From positions 92,731-156,730 of the forward strand of contig NMRA01000257.1 in assembly GCA_002633005.1 (NCBI GenBank): 64,000 bases of DNA, written 5' to 3'. The notes beneath the pieces were generated by a model. That model was not told the origin of the DNA. It searched no databases and was given only the letters and a program-made list of their open reading frames with translations. Below, piece after piece: positions 24,901 to 36,900 of this stretch (position 1 is its first letter; every line of letters starts with the position of its first letter). This DNA comes from Phoronis australis. Taxonomy: Eukaryota; Animalia; Phoronida. The translations under genes were made by a program, and so were the position numbers.

Positions 24901-27900
24901 ACTAGTAACTACCAGAAAGTTAACTTGCATGGCACAAGAATAATCAGTCAATCACTAAATATTGAAAATTCAAACTAAAATTCCAGTTGAAGTACCTTTT
25001 TCCAAACGGAGTCGCCAGACTTTGTTTGAGTCTTGCTTATGGATATTGTCTTAGTCTTTTGGTAGAACCATTGTTGCACATGCTTGGGCATGCTGCGCTC
25101 AGTATCATAAAGAAAGTCAACCTGCATTCGTATACGTGTCAGATAGGCAGACTGTGACACCTTTTCAATGTCTCCAACAGCAATACCCACCTGGTAAGGA
25201 CAACATGAAGTAAAATGTAACATAAATGACTAGTGGCTAAACTGGTGGAGACAACATGAATATCAATGACTAGTGACCCACCTGGTATGAGACACTTACC
25301 CACCGTTAACCATGACTAAATGTTTACTTACGACTAAAATGTGACTAATATGTGACTGTAAGCAGTCATGACTAGAATAAGACTAAGACATCTTAAAATG
25401 TGATGGTGTAACTAAACTGTAACTAAATGATTAGCCATGGCTAGAATGTGACTAAAACATTTTGAGCTTGAAGGGGGTCACTTGTTTGCATATTGGCTTA
25501 GAACTTTGGGCAAGGTTGTATAAAGGGTGTCACTCACACACAGTTAGTCTTCCGAAATTGATCAACATGCAAGGTCAGAGAAAGCAGTTCTCCATGACTA
25601 GAATAATAGGTTTTTAGTAATGATTAGAGTTTAAGTCACGCCACAATTATGCAAATGAACTGACTACAGCTTTAGTCACTAAGTAATGATCAATTCATGA
25701 CTAGAGGTTAAGTAATACATTGTTTCCATGAAGTCTTTACAACATCCATGCCAATTGGCTTACCTCAAAATCCAACTGCTCCCTAGTAGTTTGGTAATTG
25801 GCCCAATTATGTAGTTTACTCAACAGAGTTAATGAGGAACATATTATGGCAACATTAAACAAATGTTTTAGGCTGTAAAAGTCAAATTTTTGTCCAATTT
25901 TTAAAATTCAAAACCTAGTCATTGTGTACTTTCATGAACTATTCAAATTTACTCGCAAAACGAAAATTTAAAAATACTATTGCCACAACCAGTGTGCTTA
26001 TGATGGGTCTGATTATCTAGAAAATGCTAGCATCAGCAGCCTAAGGCGATGTAATTAGTACAACAGCCGATGGTGTCTTTGATCAATGTGGCAGATTCCG
26101 AGGTACGCAAACCGTTCAAGTCGTCCGATGTCGACCAGTTAGAGTGTCGGCGTAGGATTCTTTTCATGCAAAGCAGCAACTGCTAACAAATGGCTTTGTA
26201 TTGTAGGATATTAAAAACTAAAACTTGGACACATCTTAATTACTCAATTCAAAATTTGAGTTGTTTTTTTTCAAGACTTTAACAACAGGTTGTTTAGTCA
26301 TGACTAGACAGTTTTAGTCACAGCACAATTATGCAAATAAAATTGACTAAAATGTGACTGAACCCATTCAAATAAACTGTATAGCAACATTTTAGTCAAA
26401 ATGAATTTTTTCATGAGACAAAAATATGTCGGTAAAACACGACATACCCAGAGTAAGGGTATTTTAATCGAATCTAAATCAGTAAGGTCAAACACTCATC
26501 AAGAGGTTCATCAGACCTATATACAAGCAAACTCAAACACTTACCAAGAGGTTCATCAGACCTATATACAAGCAAATTGAAACACTTACCAAGAGGTTCA
26601 TCAGAGCAACAGGAACCACTACAATGAAGAGACTTCCAAGAATGTGTGAGTCCAGGTACAGGTCATTTTGGGTGGCTGTGTCAATGAAGACTTTCTGAAA
26701 CTCTATTTCACCCGTTGTGAAGGAGAAAGTGGCCATCAAGGAAATCCAGATGCTCTGAAATTCTTTCTGAAAAGGAATATTTGATGATTTAATATTTTGG
26801 GACCAGCCAGTCACTATAAAATTTTACAACATGCAGAAAACTTTGTTAGCACAATTATTTTTGTTTTTTGGTTAAAGAAGTCCATGTCAGAAAAAAACTA
26901 AGCCAGCCTGTCTGGTGCACGGAGATTTATTGTTGTTTGATGAAATCACACCATTCTCCTGGATTTTGATCTATTCAGTTCTGAAGACAAACTCGCCATT
27001 TTCTGTAAAAGTTTTTGTAATGATCTGGCTCAAGTAAATAGGTACCTTTAACAGATGACAAAATTTTCTGTTCACTTAATTTAATTCTTAAATAGTTTTG
27101 AGCTTCATATCAAATTGTATGTGCATTGTTCTTGTATTTTGTTTAAAGTGACTGATAAGCCCAGTGGGCCGAGTGTTCAAGTAACACTGGTCACTGCAAT
27201 CTCAGTCTCTATTCATTTCTTCATACTTACGTCATGATAATAAATGACATCATTTGACAATCCTCATCTTGTTTTACTCTGCAACATAGCTCTTTGCATA
27301 CCCCGGCAAAATAAATTACGATACAAGACATAATTGTACACAATACCCGAACGTTACGTATTTGAAAAAGATTTTCCTACAAGGTTGAAAATTGTCTTGA
27401 ACATTTTGAGTGAGGAAAAATTACCTCAGTCTGTTGCACTTGAATGATTTTTAAGTATTTTATTTGCATGCTCTTAACTATGCTAATGTATAGCACAAAC
27501 TAAATGACAATGCTATTTTAACATCATCTGCGCTAAACAAAGTGCAGTTGTATTCAATGACAACTTGTAAATGTGAAAACAAAAAATTCTGCAAATAGGT
27601 GAAATTTGCACTAATAAAATACCTTGGGGGCTCACGTAGCCCGCATCATGCAGTGTTATTTCTCAACACCATGTCACGATGCTTATTGGACAACGTTCAG
27701 TGATTTACAGCGGATCATTTTTGAAACAAAAATCATTTAAAAAATTTTTTGACAATTTTCAAATCTACTTCATATTCACATCATCACTATATGTTGAGTT
27801 TCTAACAATAATTTGACAAAGCAATGACAGAGATAAGGAATTAGCGTGCAAGGTCCACTTTAAGGTGATGAATAGAATGCTTACTCCAATATCAAAGAGC

Positions 27901-30900
27901 ACCACACAGAATGCTGAAGCGAATGCAATACAAATCAAACACCACAGTAATGTCGCCTGCAAACATAAGAATCATCAGTCATTACAACAGTCACAGCGAT
28001 TAAAAAACAGACATTACTAACTGTAGTAGGGTACATGTGATATTTACACACTCTCTGACCTCATTTGATCTTTCAACAAAAAATTAGCCTGTTTTGCAAC
28101 TTTGTTATGCTGCCAGAGCGTATCAAATAAACAAAACATAATTATTAAGATTATGTAGAACCCTACAAAAATTTATTATTTTGCCCAACTTTGGAACCGT
28201 ATCTCAGAAATGGCTTATCAGCTCTCCAAAGCGGACTTGTTTTCATTGAAAATGTTGCACTTTTGCATGAGGGGCTATCAAAAAATAGGACTTATGATTT
28301 TTATAAACAAAAATTAAAGTTGTCATGAAATAAAAACAGAACTATAATTACCTTGAACATTCGATTTTCTATATTATAAAAAATTTGGCCATGTTATCAA
28401 TCCTGAAGTTTTGCTACGCATGCACCCTTTTTCTTGCAAAATCTTCCCAAAAATGCAAGGTCACGTGACCTACTTAGTGGCAGATAAAGTTAAAATACAA
28501 AATTTATACTTTCAGAAAACAGCTTTTCCTGACTTAACATCTAGTTTGTACACATTTGGCTCAACGTACAAACTTGTGGAAAAGGTCCTACATAACCTTA
28601 AGCAGTCTTTGACAGGTAATTATGACTCTCCACATTAAAATTTGTGAAACATAACAAGATCAGGTTATAACCCAGTGTTAACCAAGACCTTCTACTGCCT
28701 TGTGTGGCATTTAAAATCACGCAGTCAGCATCAACTGCAAAAAAAAAACAGTGGATAGGCATTTCAACTCGTGTTAAAAAATAATTCCCAAGTTATTATT
28801 ACAATTTGTTTTCATCAAAGTTTAAATTAAAGTACCATTAACAGAAATGTTAAACAGATGATATCTGACCTTGAGTAAAGACTTGATCACCGTGGTAAAC
28901 ATAATGATGTATATACCAACAAAATCCATCCTGAAGGTTGAAAATAATGTTGTGACATTTAATATTGACTGAAACTGACATTGTCTCTCAATCAGTTGAC
29001 AAATGCTTAAGCAATCCACAAAGTCAAAAAAGACAAAACGACCCAGTTTTCATTCTGAAAGATGCACTAGCTGTATACACTCTATGTCTTCATCATACAA
29101 TGATTAACATTAATTGGTGTCTTTCTATGAAGCTGGCATGTACCACATTTACCTGAGTGGGATTATGTAATAGGTGGACAAATACAGTCACATTAAAGTG
29201 CACGTCACTATCAAGAATACTCAGCTCCCCAGACTGACACACCTCCTTAGGTACATGATAAGGTTGATCCAAGACAGGAATACAGCTATCCAGGCAATTC
29301 TCCATGGCACCACTGAGGTGGCTTTGTTCTGCATAAAGAACAGTAGCGTCATGCCCAACAGGATCATATGCAGCCAGTTCCATGGATCCAATAGAGAATC
29401 AAGTCCCTACAAGATAATTCAAAATGTCAATGATGAACACCTAAAGTTTATACAGTAATTGTGAAGTGGGAGAAAAGTACCAAATGTTTCACTTAAGACA
29501 TAAAATATCTTAAGTCTTAAAAGACTTATGGTCACATTTCACGAAATAGAACCCAAAAGGTTCTCCCCGAGATGTACGCTGCACTTTGTGTAAAAGGCAA
29601 CTTCCATCACCAGGCAGCCTCAGTCATGTATATAGTTCAGGAGACAGTCCATGGCCTACTACTCATCTTCAGTGGCCATTTTGATCAGATAAGAAGAGTT
29701 CTAAATATCCAGTTTTCATTAGAGACTAACTTGGCTGATACCAGATGGTCACTGTTGCATTGCCACACAATAGAATTTCATGTTTATAGATGGGTTTAAG
29801 GCAACAATTAAACAGGACAGATTCTTTCACAATCTGTTGCTGGTTAAAATATCTCATAGGGGAGAGAAGATACCTTGGCTACGAGAGCCCTTCAATAAGA
29901 CCATTTACAACTGCATTCTCACAGCACATGCCAATGGAAGTACCAGTGGACCACCAAAAGTCACATATATTATTCATATGAACAAGGCTAAACCTGGGGT
30001 GCAATCATTAAGGCAAGTATCGCATGAGTTTGGTGAGATAATGCGACATTACAATAGTATGGCTCAAGATTTTGTTAGTATTTCACTCATGATATCGGGA
30101 TCATACACTTAGCAAAATGACTACCACTGAAAGTGAATAGATGGCTGCACAAGAATACTCACTTATAGCAAGAAGAAGATTGCATGTGCCAGAATGCTAT
30201 ATAATCAAACACTTATTCAAAGTACACTTAGCTGTTCCAAAAATGAACCTCTCTCAAAAGCAATGTGTATGAGACAAGTTGCACAATATGCAGGAAAACA
30301 ACAATGCCAACATCACATGCCAGTTGACATTGCAGAACAATAGACGTGACATCAGGCAGCAGTCAGGCTTACACATGGATATCAAGTTTAAAGATTTTGT
30401 AACCGAGCTCAACTTTGTCAAAAGACCAAAAGCATGAAAATTTTGAGACATCCTGTTGAGAAAACAAATAAAGTTTGAGTCTAATACTGGAATAAAAACT
30501 TAAAAAAATTAGCGACATTGCATCTGCATCTCACGGACTTGAGCTTGGCTTTTGACGTTATCGTTGTTTTTGTCAAAGACAACCACAGAAAGTTCTGTGC
30601 TTCATTTTGTTTTAAACATGCAGCAATATAATTATGCACTCAAATAATCAAAAGAAGACAACAGTTGCAATAAAGCAGTTAGCTCATTACACTTACTCTA
30701 ACAACGTTGGTGAATATCTTGCAAACAAGAGTAACACATATGAGCGACACCAACATCTTGTTGAAGATGAGAGTAAGACCATGTGGATCGTACTTGTCAA
30801 TATTAACCAGCCACTGAAATACAAAATGCACTGTCATTATCAGTGGTGTCAGGACAATTCCTAGTATATGAGTGTTTGATTACTTTCTTCATAACTATTC

Positions 30901-33900
30901 ACTGAATAACCTATCGAAGTGACTGCAAGAGCTCAATTTGCTGTGTCGAAAGACGAAGTATCACTCAATACATGCAAGTTACGGTAGACGTTCTTGAACA
31001 TGGGACAATGTAAACACCAAAAAAATAGACAAATGACCTGGAATGCCCGTCCTGATGGCCAAGTGCACGGGAATTCGCCATCAGGGTAATCTATCTAGAA
31101 TAACCTGCCATGAAGGATCATTACGCATCAGATTATGTTTGGCATGAGCGATATGTTGTATACAGGCATCTCGCTCAGGCACTGAACTAATGTCACAAGG
31201 GTAACGTCAATTTAAGATGTTGGTGCCTAGTTTGTTAGTAATTAAATGATAAATAACCAGAAGTTGAAATAATCAAATGCTCATTACAAGCACATTCCAT
31301 TCAGAGCTTACTCAAAATCAAACAAGAAGCTGAAATGTTAACATATTATCTGAGACGCTGTGTAGTCGTAGAAAGGCAGGTATATATCCCAACTTGCAGA
31401 TGGAAGGGCTTACACCTCGAGTGGAATGCGGACCTTCAAAACCCTGTACAAAATAACAACTAACAATTGTTGTAACGAGACTAGTATTAGGTCATTTGCC
31501 ATCTAGGTTTCACAAATGCTGCTAAATTTTAAGTCCTGACATTGGCTTTCACATGGCCTGAGTGAACCAAATGTCAGTTTACTTAGTGTGTCACCGATTC
31601 ACACTATACATATGGTTCGACTGTGGGCTCAAATGTTAACCAAATGTAGAAACCATGCTATTAAAACATCAAACTTGCCATTAAAGTTACTTTTGTTGAG
31701 GAACCTGACAAAATGAAATTCCACTATTCAAATTTCCCAAACTGAAGAATTGTTGTCTTACTTTTTGTTGAGCAGATGTAATTTTAATGTCTTGGTTCAA
31801 CCACAGTAAGCCTTTTGATTAGTGGTTTAATTGAAACCGTCTATAAATTCCTTAACATTGTCTCTGTTTCATCAACTTTGTTTACCGTAACAAAATAACA
31901 TTTCAGTCCATGGTTTTGCACTCGTTTGTTCAATAACATTGTGTTTGTGTGTGTAGTATATTATTGCGATCTTGTTACAAACTGTTATGAACGCTTGAAG
32001 TATACTGTGTTAAAGTGATTTGAACTTCAAGTTCATAGTACGGTAATCTCAGTTGTATTAATGAGCTACTGACAACAAAGACTTGAAGTAAACAACTTGA
32101 TACAACTCTGCTTTCCCCCGAGACACAATCATGTTGGTAACACATAATGTTGGCTTAATGAGACACCTAAAAACAATTCATTGATGCCTAACGGCTCTTT
32201 GAACACCATCAACTAACAATGAGATTCTGTGAGATGACACATAGTTGGTTTCAAAGACATAATGCAGTCCATAACAATCAGTACTCACTTTGCCATCATG
32301 CTTTAAGGCGTCATCCGACTTTTTGATTTCTCGTATAGGCGTCGTTATTACCAAGTAGGTGTTTAACATACCAAGGAATAGGATAAAGTTGACGAATGTG
32401 ATACTATACGCCACTCGGCCAAAACTTTGCCTTCAATGAATTGATAAAAGTTAGAATTTTTTAAACTAACTTTATTTCATTAGCAAAGCCCCTTTTTTGT
32501 ACTTTTGGAGAAATTAGTTACGTGCGTGTATGGATGACTGGGGTCAAGAAAATGGGTTCAACTGGAATTCCTCAAAGACCAGGGTCATTTGGAGCAAGGA
32601 AGTTTAACAACAGGACCCTCAACCACCTGAGGAGAAAGGTGTTCATGCCTTCTGGAGGGAGTTTTTCAGGAGGGGAAATCCCCTTCCGGTCACCACAAAT
32701 GTTACCCTTCTCCCTTCCTAGTCATCACTAAGTCAACACCCCTGGCATTGTTTCACGTGGCCACAACTAAGGTTTTGTGTTTGTTTCGAAGCATTGCGCT
32801 ACACACTACTTAGACCAGACCATCCAGATCATGTGGTAATTCAATATGCAATTGTACTAGCCTTAGAAGAAGGGGTGTCGCGCAGTGAACCCAGCACTCT
32901 CATGTGCGACTTTCTCTGCTCAATACTAAGTGAACACACCTGACTGTATATAATCCAAATTCTGTCCTCCACATCAATTAGGCTCTAAACTGGTAGGTAA
33001 ACACTTTGAAGACATGACTGTGAAGGGTAGGTTTGATTTTTGCACCTGAATCTGAGAGTGTGTGTGATGAGTGATTCTAACGTTTTCAATGTCAGCGAGA
33101 CATGTTGTTCAATGTTTGGTGCCGTGATAACTCTCTAGTACCCTCTACGACTGAGGATAGTAAGCCGATGATGCCAAATGGCACATACCCAATTAGAAAG
33201 TAACCTGTCAAAACAACTTTGACAAAAATAGGAGGAATGTAATTCTTTAATTCTTCCAGAACCATAGTCTCTCATAGTTTATCAAAATTCCGCACATTCA
33301 GGGAGTTTCACCACAGCAGAAAAGCCATTTGCTTCTCTCTACTGAACTCAACGAATGATGGCCAGTGGAAATTAATTGCTTACCATTTGTTCTTCAATGC
33401 TGTTTGTGCCAAGGTATGAGACAGAAGTTCCTCACGTTTGTATTGCACCATTGTCTACAATACATAAAGCTTGATAGTTAATGACCAATACAGTATGTGT
33501 TACATGAACTTCAACTAATTGTGCAAAGCATTTAACCACCATTATAGTGTGAATCACTTATCTTTACAAACACATTGAGAAGCACTCATTTATCTAACAG
33601 GCAATGTCACCTTTCACTCCTTATTATCATGAATGATTGATATCTGTATGATGACGAACAGCTGGATGGCAAACAAACAGTGGTTACAAACAACATCAAC
33701 TTTAAAAACCACTGGCAGCTATTTTTATATGGAGTACACTGTTTTCCTAGAATTAAGGACACTTTAATAAGTTAGAGCTATCGTAATCCTTAAACGAAAT
33801 TAGCATGATTTTGTTTCAAGTTCCCTGGTACTTTTTACCTAATCTAGTTGCTGGTGCATGTAGTTTCAAGCAGATATGTTTAACACATGACAGTGGTGTC

Positions 33901-36900
33901 TATTTTGTTGCATTGATGGACACTAGCTTATTAAACTCTTACTCTTATTTTGAAAATGAGAGACTACCAAGAGAAGATCATTTCCCACACCGTCGGGTCA
34001 GAAAACTATGAAAGGATATCTATTGAATACTGCTAATCGGTTGCATTGAGAATGACATCCATAGGTTGAAGATAATGAAGTCTTTGCTGAAAAATCTGTG
34101 TTGAGCAAGCAGCTCACGCTTTTCTCTTGTGGTTTATTTCGATGTCTCTTCGATTCCTCCTCCTTGCGGTTCTGATAAGGACACACAGGAAGCTTGAGCG
34201 AGTATTAAATAAATAAACAATGCTGCCAAAAATTCTGCACACAAGAAAGGATGCTGCCAAACTACTCTTTGTTTAAACTGTAACCAGCTACCGTGAGTCC
34301 CAAATACTTCTGTGTCCTGCAACAGACATCATCAGGGGGAGGATCGATGTACTCAAAGTTGAAGGTCACCTGGAATAGAATTAAACTACTTAATTAGGAT
34401 TGGCCCATCAATCAAGTTTGTAAAAGCAAATCCATTGTTCAAAACATGTGAGGATAAGGTATTAACTTTTTCAGAATTACCTGCCTGAGTCACAAATGTA
34501 GTACAATAGTCGTATAAAAAAACTACCTGCATCCTTAACCAACTTGAAGTTACGTGTACCCCTATTTCACAAAACATACAATAGAACACATTGGTGCAAA
34601 CTATGGAAAATCCAGACACTGTTTTTGAGCACTTTTAACAAAGTTTTTATACAGTAACTTTGGTGAATACTGGTGAAAGGACTTTGTTCCTATCAATGTT
34701 CAAAAATGACGTTTTTGCCACAAGAATAACATTGTGATTGACAGGAATAGACTTGCCTGATTTCCTAGTTTTAGAAAATATATACTTTTCTGAAATGACA
34801 GCCGCTAGTTACTTTTTAATAGATATTTCAAGAGTAAGACATTTCAACTAGGGGTACACTACCTTTAATGTAAATCGAAATAAATGATCAGAATAAAAGG
34901 CTGCTTAATTCACCATACCTCTGTACCATCATCATTGACTTCAACACAGTTGTTGAAGATGACCTCAGCACCCTCTGGTGTGTATCGGATGAGATTCCTC
35001 ATCGGTGAAAACCCGTCACCGTCCCGCACTGACATGGTCTCTTTCCAACTAGAATGCAATGTACTTAAATTCAACATAACACCCGGACCATGACATGCAA
35101 GATAAATTAGACAACATTAAAAAAGATCAGTGAGTTGTGTGGTTAGAACAATTTATTATGCAAATGCAATCATACTGCATGGCCATCAGCAACTGCAACA
35201 AGATTTGTTTACCGACAATTAGTAGATTAAGGTTGTAATAGGACCCTAAACAACAGCCAAACTTGGCAAATTTTGGAACATCATACATCACAAATGTCTT
35301 ATCGCATTTATATGAAACTTTTGGATGCCATGCATTATGACCGTTCTCCAAAACCCAAGGCAATTTTTCAAAGTTTTCACTTTTGCATGAGGGGCTATCA
35401 ATCAATAGAATTTTTACGATTTCATGAAAAACTCTGACAAAAAAGTTGCATAAAACGAAAATGTAATGATAATTTTAACTGTAACTGCAGCCTTTTTGAG
35501 ACGTACTCTTGAAATTTATGTCAATCAAAATTTGGTGATATTACTGATACCAAAGTTTTGCTATGGACGTACCTTCCTTTTTTGATAAGTTTTACTAAGA
35601 AGACATGCCATTGGTCATGTGACCCAATTATTAGAAGATTGGTTTCAACTCAAAAATCAAATTCTACAGGTTTCCTACATTAACATCAAAATGTAATTTA
35701 ATTACTTTCACTGAGACAGTAAAAATCTACAATTGGATAATGCAAGATATTTGACACTGATTAGGTCATACTCATAACATTAAGAGTCAGAGTAACACAT
35801 TTTATAATAATGTACCTGCTGTGTTTCAACATGGTGACCACAGCTTCGGTCATCTGACTAAACACAGCCCTGTCCAGTGGTGTCTCATCTAAGATGTTCT
35901 TACTCTTGACATTAGCACTGTGATCCAACAACAGTTGTACCACCTCACTCTGACCCTGTTGACAGGCATGATGCAAAGCCGTGTTCTACAACCAATCACA
36001 GTTTACCGTCGACTATGTTAAACATCTCTACAGCAACGACACATTAGTTTGGACATTTAGAATGCAAAGAATAAACATTGCCAGAATCCCAACTGATTAC
36101 TTTCTTCCCTAATCTCCAAAATAACCTTCAAAGAAAACCTCAGACATATCTGCAATGACGTGAAACTGCCAAGTGCCAACCATCTCCTCTAGTGATGTGG
36201 GGTTCCCCAGCAAAGATCAGCTATGTACGTCATATGTCACTGACTACATGAAGTGGCAATAATAATAGTACCTACACACTACACCAGGTGGCAGTACAGG
36301 CAAGTCAAAGGCTAATGGTTTTTACTGCTCTGCATTAGTTATACTTGAAAAATTCGAATGTAAATCGTGCGCGCACCCAGCCTAAAAAATGGGAGGGGCT
36401 CGAATTTTTGAGAATCTGGACCTTTTACTAAACAAGGATACGTTCAGAGCTATGAATTGTGCACTCACTGAATTTTGGTAGTTCCTGCCATTTTAGTGGA
36501 CTTCTGTCTTTTGTCTCATATTCTTTTAATTTCCGAATTTTTGTTTCTCTGAGGCAGATATTTTTGGCCACTTCACCAAATGGGAAGGTGCACGCATGTA
36601 AATTAAATTATTCAGTCTTGTTCTGCTGTATCCAAGTATAATGTACCACAGGTCTTTCAGTAGCAGTGTTCTCTGTATACCTTATTTTTGTCAGTAGCAT
36701 TTATCATGGGATTGTGTTCCAGTAATTCTTTCACAGTTGCTGGGTGGCCATGTTTGGCAGCGACCATCAGGGGGGTCAAATAATTTTCATTTCTGAAAGT
36801 ACCATGTCATAAACAAAAGACAACAGATCACTAACCATCAGAAGGTAAGTCAAGTACAAAACAAGCAAAAAGAAAACAGACAATATACCACGTATGCGCC

